From contig NC_043006.1 of the NCBI RefSeq assembly GCF_006345805.1, positions 87,916,001 through 87,980,000 of the forward strand: 64,000 nucleotides of DNA, written 5' to 3'. The position numbers and the translations under genes were made by a program. Shown here piece by piece: positions 1 to 12,615 of the stretch; position 1 is the first letter of the stretch, and each line of letters starts with the position of its first letter. Below the pieces are notes generated by a model. It was not told the DNA's origin, ran no database searches, and worked only from the letters and a program-made list of their open reading frames with translations. The stretch comes from Octopus sinensis (Eukaryota).

Positions 1-1129
1 ATATGCAAATATATATGTGCATGTGTATTTATATATGTGTGCATGTGTATATATATATATATATGCATGTATGAAATTTATGCACATATGTATGTATTAG
101 GTCATAGAAAATTTATGCAAAATTTTAATATTCTATCTACTTTTTCATTTCAATATTTTTTTTTATTTCCCTTGGCAGATGATGAGGCTTGCCATTTAGC
201 TAATCACTTTTTAATACAATTACTATTATCTACTGCAGAATGAAACTTTTTATTACTTTTTCTACAAACTGTGCCATCTCTGAGAAGAATCAAAGATTAT
301 ATGAAATATAATTAAAAATGAATATCTCAATAAAGTAATTTCCATACTCTTCAGAAGTAGTTCCACAGAAACAAAAATATAAACGTGTGTATATTTACTG
401 TTTTCAGTTGAACATTATTATTTTCACCTCAATTTTCTCTGTTTAAGTTTGTAGGCAATTTCTGCAAGTTTAAATATTAACCCAAATGGCATATTTGAAT
501 ATGCATCTGAATGTAATAGAATGCAGCCATGGAATGTTAAACCATCACACATCACCAACGATGTAGACTAAATCATTAGTCATAAGATATTTGTGACCTG
601 TAAGACACAAGACACAATTTCATTTTCTTGGCAGAACCTGTTGCATAGTGTACCACCAATGATCTTAGTTTTTGCCATTTTATCTGCAAAGTCCAACATC
701 TTATTTAGTCACTCATGTTTACCTTCAACTGAAAACATTATTCCACATGTTTACCAAGAACAGATCAGCCATTCACACCATATATCCTTAACTACATAAT
801 CTTCATGTTCTTTTTCTAGGAAATGTATTTCCTAACCAGATACACTCATATTTCTTCATGTTCATTCAGATTAACATTAAACATTCATCCCTAATTTCTG
901 CATAAGAAGTGTGAGTCACATGGTATTGAAACACAGGTACTGAATTTCACATTCAATACACATGTCGTGTTCACTAACATTTAATCATGAATTGCTTACA
1001 GAGGAAACTGCTTCTTGAGCTTTCTCCAACACTTGCTTACATTTTCAGTCCTGAACAGCAGTATCTCCACTCCACTATTGATTGACTTTAGAAACAAATG
1101 TTCCATTGTGATATCTGCACCAGCTAACA

Positions 1130-1362
1130 TCTTTGGTACCAATACACCTGAGACTGCCTCTGGTTCTATGCTACACACTTCCTTTAAAAATTCATGTTTT
1201 AAGTGGTCTAAATGGAATTTCCCATAAAATTTTCATGCTAATTTATGTTCCAAACACCCGCTTAATTGGGACAAATTTATTTTACTAAATTCTTTGTTCT
1301 TTCAAAAATTTATTAAATCAAGGCAATGTATTTCAGCAGAAATATGGCAACAAAAGACTTAA
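1130..1362 (-). mobile_element. Degenerate piggyBac-like (TTAA-type) MITE
   Basis: Reverse complement aligns by eye with the copy at 60595-60810 (shared blocks gaagaatttagtaaaataa, gtttggaacataaattagcat, ttagaccact, cagtctcagg). Confidence 0.65.
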
Positions 1363-2755
1363 TCATACAGTACAATGTATTAAATAAACATTTTGGATTT
1401 AAGCTCAAATTCCATGATGTATAAATTTGTTAGAATAGAGTTACTGAGAAGTAGAGCCATCAAAATATAGTGCTGATAGAAATACAAAACTCATCTAAAT
1501 CTATAAAATAATCGAAAAATATTTTAAACATGTCAAATGTAAATATTGCCTAAAGAGGTGCATGTTAGAAGAAAATTCTTTAGAAAGTCTTATGGTATTG
1601 TCACATGAACTAGCTAATACACATTTTTACTGGTGGTAGCAGTAGTATCACTAGTACATTGATAAACTGATACTCTTCCCCAGATCAGTTGTTTGAGAAG
1701 TGACTCAGTTTATATAGTTCTGTTATAGAGAAATGTTGAGATTTGAGTGTGGTTTTCAAAGTGAATTTCTTATTTGGCTTAGGGACAAATATTTGTAGGA
1801 AAAGAATGATTGCTAATTGAATTAATCCCATGTAATAATGATATCCTTCTTTATTGACTGAATCTGGAAAGAAGAAATGCAAAGAGAGATTTGGCTGAAT
1901 ATGACCTCAAAACGTACAGAAAGATGTAACTAAATAATATAAGCCATTTTGTTTGCTACTCCACTGCTCTTTTGTGATTTAATATTATACATTTACGTAT
2001 GTATTCACTTGAACAGGTGTACAGGAATAAACCAATAAGCAAGTAATGAGTTGATTAAGTTTTTACCTTAATTTATCTTTGTTGTGTCTGAAAATGGTTT
2101 GTAGTTTTTCTGTTAATAAACATGTGTGCTGGGGAGAGAGAAAGATGTATGAATGAAAAAGTATATGTTTGTGAGAAAGTGAGCAAAAGGTTGAATGTGT
2201 AAGAAAGGGAGAGATAGAGAGAGTGAATCTGTGAGATGGTGAGATAATGAGGGACTGTATACTTATACAAGAGAAAGTAAAAGATGAAAGTGAGAGAGAG
2301 AGAGAGAGAGAGAAAGAATAACATAATGAAAGAGTGTGTGTGTGTGTGCATGCATGCAAGTGTGTGTGATTTTATTTTTTTGGTTATGTGGTTCTCCTGC
2401 AGCATTCTCTTGTCTGTTCATTAAGAGGAGACTTTTACTTTACATGACACTATTTTCTGACGTGAGTACATAGATCATTCAGACACTTATTTACATTTTT
2501 CATTAAATATTTAATATTTTCTTTGAGATGTCATAAACTTTCAAACAGCAAATCTACATATTTGATAAAGTTTTTCAAGAAATTGCTGTTATATATATAG
2601 GCGCAGGCATTGTTGTGTGGTATGAAGCTTGGTTCCCAACCACATGGTTCCAGGTTCAGTCCCACTGCATGGCACTTTGGGCAAGTGCCTTCTACTATAA
2701 TCCTAGGCCAATCAAAGCCTCGTGAGTGGATTTGGTAGATAAAAACTGAAAGTAG

Positions 2756-2807
<52 letters not shown>

Positions 2808-2809
<2 letters not shown>

Positions 2810-3320
2810 TAGCAGTATCGCCCGGTGTTGCTCGGGTTTGTAAGGGAAATAACTATATAAGCATTTTTAGAGAGTTACTTCCCTTATAGATGCCAATTCG
2901 GGCTTTCTTAGCCATTTCTGTTTTGGTGTTTTCAAGCCATGAAGTCGTTGTTCTAAAAGAACGCTGGTCTCCTTGACAACGCTTTACAACGTTGATTTCC
3001 TTACACTCCCTTCCCCACAGCTTCACGAGGGAGGGAAGAAGGGGGAGAAGCAAACAGGTGCAGGTGTGACCATGGACGCCAACTCTGCCGCCATCGACAC
3101 ACGAAAAATTATGCATTAAAATGGATTAAAAAATGATGTTAAATTATTTTTAAAACCGTAGACTCATCGTAGACGCGCGCTAATAGCCAGACGGGCTCGA
3201 TATTAATCACGACTATAAGATACCCGAATTTAGTTAAACGGCACCGCAAAATGTGGGAGTAGTTAGGAATCTAAATCGAAGGGGACAGACACTCACACAA
3301 CTACAGTTTTATATATATAG
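2808..3320 (+). mobile_element. Helitron/Helentron-like non-autonomous element, copy 1
   Basis: Starts (t)actagcagtatcgcccggtgttgctcggg (short hairpin near the end) and ends cacaactacagttttatatatatag. Inserted in (TA)n, no TSD, no long TIRs. Near-identical to copies 2 and 3. Confidence 0.7.
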
Positions 3321-3830
3321 ACTAGCAGTATCGCCCGGCGTTGCTCGGGTTTGTAAGGGAAATAACTATATAAGCATTTTTAGAGAGTTACTTCCCTTAT
3401 AGATGCCAATTCGGGCTTTCTTAGCCATTTCTGTTTTGGTGTCTTCAAGCCATGAAGTCGTTGTTCTAAAAGAACGCTGGTCTCCTTGACAACGCATTAC
3501 GATGTTGATTTCTTTACACTCCCTTCCCCACAGCTTCACGAGGGAGGGAAGGGGGAGAAGCAAACAGGTACAGCTGTGAGCGTGGACGCCAACTCCGCCG
3601 CCATCGACACACGAAAAATTATGCATTAAAATGGAATAAAAAATGATGTTAAATTATTTTTAAAATCGTAGACTCATCGTTGACGCGCGCTAATAGCCAG
3701 ACGGGCTCGATATGAATCACGACTATAAGATACCCGAATTTGGTTAAACTGCACCGCAAAATGTGGGAGGAGTTAGGAATCTAAATCGAAGGGGACAGAC
3801 ACTCACACAACTAGAGTTTTATATATAAAG
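3321..3830 (+). mobile_element. Helitron/Helentron-like element, copy 2 (head-to-tail with copy 1)
   Basis: Begins actagcagtatcgcccggcg immediately after copy 1. The same spurious 86-87 aa antisense ORF appears in all three copies. Confidence 0.7.
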
Positions 3831-4197
3831 ATATATGTACATATGTATATGTGTGTGTATATCTTTGTGTCTTTGTCACCCATCACTGCTTGACAATTGG
3901 TGTTGGAATGTTTATGTCCCTGTAACTCAGCAGTTTGGCAAAAGAGACTGATAGAATAAGTATTAGGCTTAAGAAATAGATTCTGGGGTCAATTTGTTCT
4001 ACTAAAAATCCCTTTAAGGCAGTGCTTCAGTATGGTTGCAGTCAAATGACTGAAACAAATTAAGGAAAATATATATATATATATTAATATATATATATAT
4101 ATATGTATGTATTAATATATATATATATATATTAATAGTAATAGTATGACAACAAAAGAATGAATGAGACCTCGATATTATGTAAATAGAGGAATTT

Positions 4198-4377
4198 ATC
4201 TGTAATATAATATGTGACAATAATTCGGTTGCCACAATAAAACTCTGAGTGTCAAATGTCGGGGCGGAAATCTGTTCGTCTTAATAACTGACAAGATGCT
4301 GGAGCAGGTTTCTGCCCTGACATCTGAAACTCGGAGTTTTATTATCGCAACCAAATAATGTCACATATTATATACAG

Positions 4378-4379
<2 letters not shown>
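4198..4379. repeat. ~80-bp-arm imperfect inverted repeat containing a degenerate hammerhead-like motif
   Basis: 4198-4277 pairs with 4302-4379 around a 24-nt loop; five of the differences give G-U pairs on the + strand. Confidence 0.85.
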
Positions 4380-4409
<30 letters not shown>

Positions 4410-4435
4410 TATATATATATTATAAATATATATTA

Positions 4436-4943
4436 TTTATAAACTGTAGTTGTGTGAGTGTCTGTCCCCTTCGATTTGGATTCCTAACTCCTCCCACATT
4501 TTGCGGTGCAGGTTTAACCAAATTCGGGTATCTTATAGTCGTGATTCATATCGAGCCCGTCTGGTATTAGCGCGCGTCAACGATGAGTCTTCGATTTTAA
4601 AAATAATTTAACATCATTTTTTATTCCATTTTAATGCATAATTTTTCGTGTGTCGATGGCGGCGGAGTTGGTGTCCATGGTCACACCTGCACCTGTTTGC
4701 TTCTCCCCCTTCTTCCCTCCCTCGTGAAGCTGTGGGGAAGGGAGTGTAAGGAAATCAACGTTGTAAAGCGTTGTCAAGGAGACCAGCGTTCTTTTAGAAC
4801 AACGACTTCATGGCTTGAAGACACCAAAACAGAAATGGCTAAGAAAGCCCGAATTGGCATCTATAAGGGAAGTAACTCTCTAAAAATGCTTATATAGTTA
4901 TTTCCCTTACAAACCCGAGCAACGCCAGGCGATACTGCCAGTA
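4436..4943 (-). mobile_element. Helitron/Helentron-like element, copy 3 (inverted)
   Basis: Reverse complement of copies 1 and 2, embedded in (TA)n on both sides. Confidence 0.7.
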
Positions 4944-4991
4944 TATATATATATATATATATATATAAAATCAAAATAAGCAACAAGAATA

Positions 4992-5096
4992 TCTCTGGTA
5001 ATTTGGTACGATTGTTTCACGCTACATCATTTTATTAAATATTGTAAGTATTACAGCAGTTTTAAAATGCTGAGCAATCATCAGCCATTTACAGAG
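4992..5096 (-). ncRNA. Type I hammerhead-like motif (Penelope-type), core intact, helix II base degenerate
   Basis: Minus strand: CTGATGA (5084-5078), imperfect long helix II, GAAA (5018-5015), C-AATC-G-T-A, and an interrupted helix I (ctctg-taaa-tgg / ccaaattaccagag). Confidence 0.5.
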
Positions 5097-5762
5097 GTTT
5101 TCCATTAATACATAATTTTCATATTAATTGATAACATTATAGAGAAGGTAGATATAGAGACAAAGATGTCGATTTGAATTTTAAGAACATTAAGGTAGTA
5201 GAGCTTATCTTATGACTGAAGAATATTCTTTAAGTTATTTTGAACTACTAGAAGGTTGGGAGGTACATTCAGTTGAGAGATTTTCTATATATAGAAATAG
5301 GGGTGAATATATATATATATATATATAAACACCTTTTCTCCATGAATTTCCTGATGGTGGGATCCTAACCCTGAAATACTGATATACCAGGTAATAGTAC
5401 TAACCATCAATCTGCAGTTGTAATTTATTTATTTATTTACATATACACACACATGCACACACATGTATATTCATGTGTGGGTGTGGGTGCACATGTATGT
5501 GAGTGCATTAGTGATGCATTCCAAATCAACTAATTGTGTTTGATGTTTATTCTGCAAATGATTTGACATTAATATACAAATGATATGACTGCAGTAATAA
5601 GATTCATCTGTTCTAAAGACGCTTTAATTTGCTGATAATATGGCATTTCAAATTAAATTCCAAAGCTGTTTTTATTGATATAAGCTGAGTGTTTACTTTG
5701 TCTAATATTGTTTATCTTCTGTCATTCAGACTATGTTTTCTTGTTTTTGTGTTTTTGCTTTC

Positions 5763-5793
<31 letters not shown>

Positions 5794-6639
5794 TGTAATT
5801 GACAAATATTCATTAGCATTTTCTGATATTGTTTTTATTTTGAGGCCATCTTTTAAAGCTGGGTAATAATGTATTTTGATGTTTATTTCATTTTGTAACA
5901 GATTTTCTTTCAAATGAATATCACCAAGAAAAAATAATGAATAAAAAACTAAATAAATATTAGCTTTTACTTTTAACATTGTCATCTCGAATTCTTTTGT
6001 TCCTAGTATCTTGTGAAAATAAATGTTACATGATGTTCTCTTTGCCATTGCAATATTGCAAGTGTCCTTCTCATATTGACAACAGTTATATGAGACTTTC
6101 CAGCCTTCTCTCTTTAAATGTTATTATACCTTAGTGGGTATGGATTATTGTGTGATGATAGAAATCTAATGGGAAATTCAAGATTTTCATAAGTAAAATA
6201 TTTATGTGCTTATGTCCAATGCGTGTGTGTGTGTGTGAGAGAGAGAGAGATCATTGTCATCATCATTTTATATAAAAATATGCTGACAAAGATAATAAGA
6301 GGGTTATTGAGATTTGAATTAGCTTTCCTGGACAAATGAGAAGACTGTGTAACTATGTAAAAAATATATATATACAGTATTCATATTACATATACATTCC
6401 TCATTCTGCAAAATTCACATGACCTGAGCACTTACCTGAAATAAAAAGTTAATATTTGGGCACAGCCCTCATGAGCAGAAATTTATTCTGACAATACAAT
6501 CACATCTATTTTTGGACTACTGAACAAAATTATTAATTATGATAGAATAATAGGTGTTTTGCTATAAAGCTAGATAGCTATCCTACGTTATATAAGAGTG
6601 TGCATGAGTAACCATAAAAGTGATAAAGGGGTGGTCATG

Positions 6640-7320
6640 AGATGTCAGAGTGTACCCTCAAGGTAAAAGACAGGAGTGGAAGGGAAAATAAGAGAAGAGG
6701 ATCAGATTGGGTGGGTTATTTCACAAGAGTTTGTGAGAAGGGAGTTAGTAGTTTATCCATGGAAACAGAGGTGTAGTGATTAAGGGGGGGGGGGGCGATG
6801 TTATCAATAGTTAATGTGTTTCGGGAGAAGGTGAAAAATAGAGGTGGCTCCAGAAAGAGGAGGTGATAATGGCAGTGCAAAAAAGGTGGAAAGCAGCAGC
6901 ATTATAAAACTGTAGATTGATAAGAAATAATATTTTGTGTTGGGTAGGTAAAGTCAAGCAGAGGGGAGAGATATACTGTGACAGAGATGGAGGGTTGGAT
7001 ATTGTTAGTGTCAAACAGAAAATGGTGCAGTTGATATCAGATATAAGAGTGTTGAGATATGGCAGTAATAAGTTGTAGCTCAGAAGAGAGATAACTAGCA
7101 GCACAGATGAGTGATCTGTGGAAAATAAAATAAGAAATGTCACTGAGAATGAGGGATGGATGTCAAAAAGAAATGGTTCCAGGCAGAGAAATAAGTGGCA
7201 GCACATAAGCAGATGAAATATATATAGTTCTATTCTCTCATAATTACAGCAGCTGAAAAGTACCATAGAAAGGTGATCAAGAGATGGTAGATAGGAGAAT
7301 GGAGATGAGGAAGACATGAG
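6640..7320 (-). mobile_element. Highly degenerate Penelope-like RT remnant
   Basis: Minus-strand peptides FHLLPKH (cf. FYLLPKIHK) and LPSLDH, followed by SMDKLLTPFSQTL (cf. YLDSILSPLVQSL); many stops. Confidence 0.4.
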
Positions 7321-8499
7321 AAATTGATTGTGAGTGGAAACACATCCTATTTGAGCAAATAAACATAAACATAATGCTTTTCAGCACCTCAGTTTTGCAA
7401 TAACAGATGAGTCTTCTTGAACACAGTAAATCACCAGTCATCTTGGTCCTTTGTCATTTTCTCAGTAAGGTTCAACATTTTATGGGAAGTTTTTTGCTTT
7501 ATGACACAAGGGAAGTTTTTTGTTTTATGACACAACTTTAAAACTTAATACACACATTCTATGACAAATTTTTCTACATATTTATGTAACAATCACATTT
7601 ATGAAAAGCAATCACCTTTATTTAAGATGTGCTAACTTATCTAGATTCTTTCTTACTCAAACTGTCAATTTAAGGTCAATTCATGTCTAATGTTTGACTT
7701 AAATGGAGTACACTTTAAAATAAGAAAATAAGGAAGTTTTTCATTATTATCACCAAAGGGACATCAGTAGTACATCAGACCTTATCAATACTTTTGCCTA
7801 TGTAAATATTGTACTTCTCTGTTTAGCTGGCTGCATTTTATTAGGATGCCCTACTCAGTGCTCTGTCCCTTATTATTTGCTATCTACTGCACAATCCATG
7901 GACCCACCTTTGCTACTCAGTAAATCTGCTACTCTCACCATTCTACTACAAGTCCAACTAACCTAAAGCTTATCTCCACCTCTTTGTAATTTGTACTCTT
8001 TTGCAGACATGACACATACATAGAATTTTTATTTCCATCACAACTATTTCATCTATTGTAATGATAAATTGCCATTCTTTTGTACAAATTAATATAACTC
8101 TTTGAATTATAATACTTTGTTACATATTCATACAAGTATTTGTTCTACACACAAATATAATGCTAATTCTGTTCTGATTTAAATATGTTAATTTTATATG
8201 AATACTTATATTATAACCATTATTGTCTCTTATATTATCTATACTTGCATTTTATCTTTCTGTAGAATAAGTAAAGACGTTATCCTTCTTTATGTGTTCA
8301 GCTAACAAATGAACTTACCACAGTAGGTTAGACCCTTTACATATAAAAAGAAAAAGAAAAAAGAATATTGAAGATTCTCTTCATGGTAAATATAAATACT
8401 GGTATACCAGGATATAGACTCACTGTCTAACCTAAAATATGTGATGCTGAAATTCTGTTTTGTTCACTGTGCCTATTAGGATGTAATCTGGTTGATTGG

Positions 8500-9050
8500 A
8501 ATGGTCTGAGCAAGACCTGTTGAGGCAAGTGTAATCAAAATCAAAATCATTTCGATGACTGGCATCCGTACTAGCGAGGTGCAAAGAGCACCATACAAGT
8601 ATGATCGTTGACAGAGCAGCTATTCGAGTATGATCGTTACCAGCATCGCCTTACTGGCACTTATACCTGTGCAAGTAGGGTGCCAAGAACACCATCTGAG
8701 TTTGATTGTTGCCAGAGCAGCCAACTGGCTTCCGTACCCGTGGCACATAAAAGGGCACCCTTCGAGCGTGATCGTTACCAACGTCGCTTCACCGGCACCT
8801 GTGCCGGTGGCATGTGTAAAAACATTCGAGTGAGGTCATTGCCAGTACTGCCTGACTGGCCCCTGTGCCAGTGGTACGTAAAAAGCACCTTCTACACTCT
8901 CAGAGTGGTTGGTGTTAGGAAGGGCATCCAGCTGTAAAAACTCTGCCAGATCAAGACTGGAGCCTGGTGCAGCCATCTGGTTCACCAGCCCTCAGTCAAA
9001 ATCGTCCAACCCATGCTAGCATGGAAAGCGGACGTTAAACGATGATGATG
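8500..9050 (+). mobile_element. RTE-LINE 3' UTR fragment / RTE-tailed SINE
   Basis: Internal ~60-bp gtggcac-type repeats; ends gcatggaaagcggacgttaaacgatgatgatg. Same 3' end as the RTE copy at 51378-54565. Confidence 0.8.
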
Positions 9051-9819
9051 ACTATATGATAGACATGTGGTAGATAGTTGGGTTGCTGGAAAGGAGCATT
9101 GAAGGAAGAACAATAAATGTAGTCAAAATTAAAATTGAACTGGAATAATACAGCTTAATGGTTAAAGATAGTAGCTGTTTACTATAGTATATTTGCTTAT
9201 CAGTTGATAATATTGTACTATTTCAGTAAAGGTGCTGAAATGCTAGTGAATAACCAATACATGCAATGCCTCAGACGTTTTTGTTAATATGAAAACAAAT
9301 TCTACAAACACTAAACAAAGTTATTGTTGTTGTTATTTAGATAGGATCTGATTGAGCAGGACTATTTTCAGAACTAAGGATTGCATAGTTCACTCTATTC
9401 CTCCTTTCTTTTAAGATGCTGTAATGAAATTTGAGTGATATTTGGCTGCTATTTCTTTAGAAGATCCAGCCATCATGGAAAGGTATTGTTGACTTTAAAC
9501 AATGTTTGATCAGACGGTGTCATTGTGACAGGTTTAGTATATTTAATAGTTTGTTACTTTTCCTATTGATTACAATTAGAGGTAAATAGTATGAATCAGG
9601 GTTTGGGTAACATAGGACCTTTGATTTCTCATGATCTCTTAAATCTGTTATAAGATGTTGGCAGTCTAATATACTATTACAAAAGATTTTAAAGTTATGT
9701 ATAGTTTGGTGTATGCATTTGGGAGAGAAAAAACTTAATTTGAATATGTTTAGGTATTTTAATAACTGGGGGGAAACAGTTCTTCATATTCTGTATGTGT
9801 GTGTGTGGGTGCGTGTGTG

Positions 9820-9859
<40 letters not shown>

Positions 9860-9862
9860 GTG

Positions 9863-9895
<33 letters not shown>

Positions 9896-9989
9896 TGGAT
9901 TAGTGTATTAGAATATTGTGTATTAGAGTAAATAGGCCTTGGAGGAGATAAAAGGAGTATAACACAAGAAATATTCATACTAAGCTTAC

Positions 9990-10076
9990 TACATTTTTGA
10001 CTATTGTTATTTTGCCAGTTATTGAAGAGTTCAGGCACCTCAGAGAACAACATTTCCATAAGATAACTCTTAATAT
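9990..10076 (-). CDS. Candidate internal exon of an unidentified gene, (D)IKSYLMEMLFSEVPELFNNWQNNNSQKC
   Basis: Acceptor ttgttctcccgccag, donor gtaagc, 87 nt, open phase 1-1. No recognised homology. Confidence 0.25.
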
Positions 10077-10252
10077 CTGGCGGGAGAACAATGGACCAAC
10101 ATTAATGCATGAAGAATAACCCTCAATAGATGCCATTATTTATATATAAATACCAAAGTAAATCAGACTAACTTAAAATTTAAAAAAATTAAAGTGCTTC
10201 CTCAACCCCGAACCAATTTAATCAGTTTTTGCCTTATAGTTAAAAAAATAAC

Positions 10253-10258
10253 GGTAAC

Positions 10259-10336
<78 letters not shown>

Positions 10337-10481
10337 GATGATGATGATGGTAATAATAGCTACAGCTATAATTTGAAGCAGAAATATTGCACTGAATCAA
10401 GTACCATCATCATCATCACCACCACCACCACCACCACACCACCACCACCACCACCACCACCACCACCATCATCATCATCAT
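10253..10481. repeat. Compound trinucleotide repeats (AAT/GAT/GGT ... CAT/CAC) in inverted arrangement
   Basis: ggtgatgatgatgatggta (ends 10352) is the exact reverse complement of taccatcatcatcatcacc (starts 10402). Confidence 0.9.
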
Positions 10482-10879
10482 TGTCATCTTCATTGTAAAA
10501 TATGTTTTTCACTGTATTTCATATATTTTTATTTAGTTATTTTTGTAAAATATTCAGAGTTTTATCTAGTCTATATATTTTAGATATATATACACACACA
10601 CACATACTCACTTGTATACACATTCTTTCTTCCTTTCAAAATCAATAAGGAAGCAAAAGAAAATCAATTATGATTGGGTAATTATAGCAAGGGAAAGTTT
10701 TGAAGGTGAATTGTGAAATTCCGCTTTAAAATTTTTTGCCCTCACCTAAGGGCTAATTATGGTATGATGTCTTCTTGAATGGAAAGAGATGTATGAAAAC
10801 AACAATACAGATTTATCAGTAGAAGTGATGCATGTATATAAATATATATACATATATATAATGTTTGTATATAGCTACA

Positions 10880-11300
10880 GAGAGAAGGAGGGGAGGGGAA
10901 GGGGAGAAAGGGGAGGGGAAGGAGAGAAAGGGGGAGGAGGAGCAGCAGCAGGAAGAGGAGGGGGCGATGAGGCAGCGGCGGTGGTGGCGGCGGCGGAAGA
11001 GGAGGAGGATAAACAAAAAGGTATATGAAGAGAACCAAAGACTGATTCAAAGATAGAAAGAAACAATGAGAAAATGAGACTCGCATGAAGAGTGAGTGTA
11101 AGAGAGAAAGAGAGAAAGAAAGACAGATGGACAGGCAGAGACAAGGAGAGAGACAAACATAGGGTAAGACAGAGAAAGAGAGAGACAAACAGGGAGTAAG
11201 ACAGAGAAAGAGAGAGACAAACAGGGAGTAAGACAGAGAGAGAGAGAAAAAAAAACACTGAATAAAATACAGAGAGAGACAAACACAGTGAGAGAGAGAG
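10880..11300. repeat. Purine-rich low-complexity tract with three ~34-bp units (gagagagacaaacagggagtaagacagagaaaga)
   Basis: Direct reading; explains the cluster of spurious ORFs at 10757-11351. Confidence 0.85.
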
Positions 11301-12615
11301 AGTTTTGAAATATTTTCTTTGTTCTTTTAATACAATGGACAGTCTAGACATGTTTCTCCAGCTTTTGTTTCCCCTAATATTTTAACTGTTAACAGTAGTA
11401 GTAAAGTAACCACAGCCCCACTCCTCGACCGATGTCTATCTTGCTATACACACATAATCCAATTGTAAACGTTTTTCTGTAATTCTTCCGTTCCACACAA
11501 AATCTATCCATCAAGAAATCCCTTCAAAGCAATGTTTGTTTTTTCCCAAACTACAAATGTGTAGCAGTTCAAAGCAAACATTTATTGAAGGAACTTCATC
11601 TAATTATTCATATCCAACAATCAAAGCGCGTCTTAAAAGATGGCTATGTCCACCACAACCCACTCTCCCCCACATTGTATTATATAAAGCACCAGTTTAT
11701 CCCTTTTTTTTATTTGCAGCAGTTGTTGCAGTTTAACCCTAGGTCAGACTTTATTCAGCAGATACATGATCAGAAACACTCCAGCTTTACCTATTTCAGT
11801 ATCACTTTCCAGTATAGCATATAGGACTACATTATCAACTTTTTGTCTTTTTTAAGACAGTACAGTATAACTTGACAGAGATTGCAGTGGTATTTCTAGC
11901 AGGTTGAATGACCTGGCAGCAGCTCCCCTTGTTGGTTAGCTATTACTTATTCTAATGACATGGGAAGTCAACCTTGCCTTTGAAATTCTACATTACTGAT
12001 ATAACACTCTTTTTATTATTACTTTCAAGCATAGTGAGATAAAAAAATAAAGTTATTTGCTCGACAGGTAAAATTATCCTGGGAATTAAATTGAACAGAA
12101 CAACTTGACTGAGTATAATAAGTTCAGACTTTAAAACACTATATTAATCTGTGATCAATAATCTAGCTCAGAGCTACATATATGTGTGTGTATATGTGTG
12201 TGCATATATATACTTACACACATATATATAAGTATTATGCTTCCGACCATATATATACACAGGTGAGTTTAAGTGATAAAATATAAGAAAGTGAAACTGT
12301 CAGTTTGATCAAGCAAAATTCCAACTTCTATTATTTTCCACTTCTGAAATGATCCATTACAACATAGCTTTTGCCATACACTGCCAATTATTTCTGGTCA
12401 AATACCTTAAAGATGAAAGCATATATATTACGTGCATATGAATTACACACACAGACACACACTTATGCACAAACACATACATAAACATACAAATACATAT
12501 ATCAATCATAAGGGCATACGGATATGCCTGCCTGCTAGAAATAAGAGCTAAAACTCACTTAAACCACCAATAATAACACTGAAAATAGCTACAGAGCTCC
12601 TCATATATATATATA

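Larger units (their letters stand above)
2599..4066 (+). mobile_element. tRNA-derived SINE (family A) split by two Helitron-like inserts
   Basis: Head 2599-2762 (ggcgcaggc...gtgtggt...ggttcagtccca) then (TA)n. The 3' part (cttgacaattggtg...cagtcaaatgactgaaacaa) resumes at ~3850-4066. Colinear with the copy at 50170-50556. Confidence 0.85.

Noticed and set aside
996-1207. Apparent exon HLKHEFLKEVCSIEPEAVSGVLVPK...KQFPL with a good gtaagc donor
   Set aside because: Its 5' third and the acceptor lie inside the MITE at 1130-1362, which has a second copy at 60595-60810. The open frame is most likely chance, although exonisation is not excluded.
2853-4897. Three-copy 86-87 aa 'protein family' (MHNFSCVDGG...)
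   Set aside because: Antisense frame of a non-autonomous repeat; it recurs only because the DNA is repeated.
6425-6450. Adjacent acceptor/donor (tttttatttcag|gtaagt) on the minus strand
   Set aside because: Zero-length exon; such motifs arise by chance in AT-rich DNA and cannot be assessed without transcripts.
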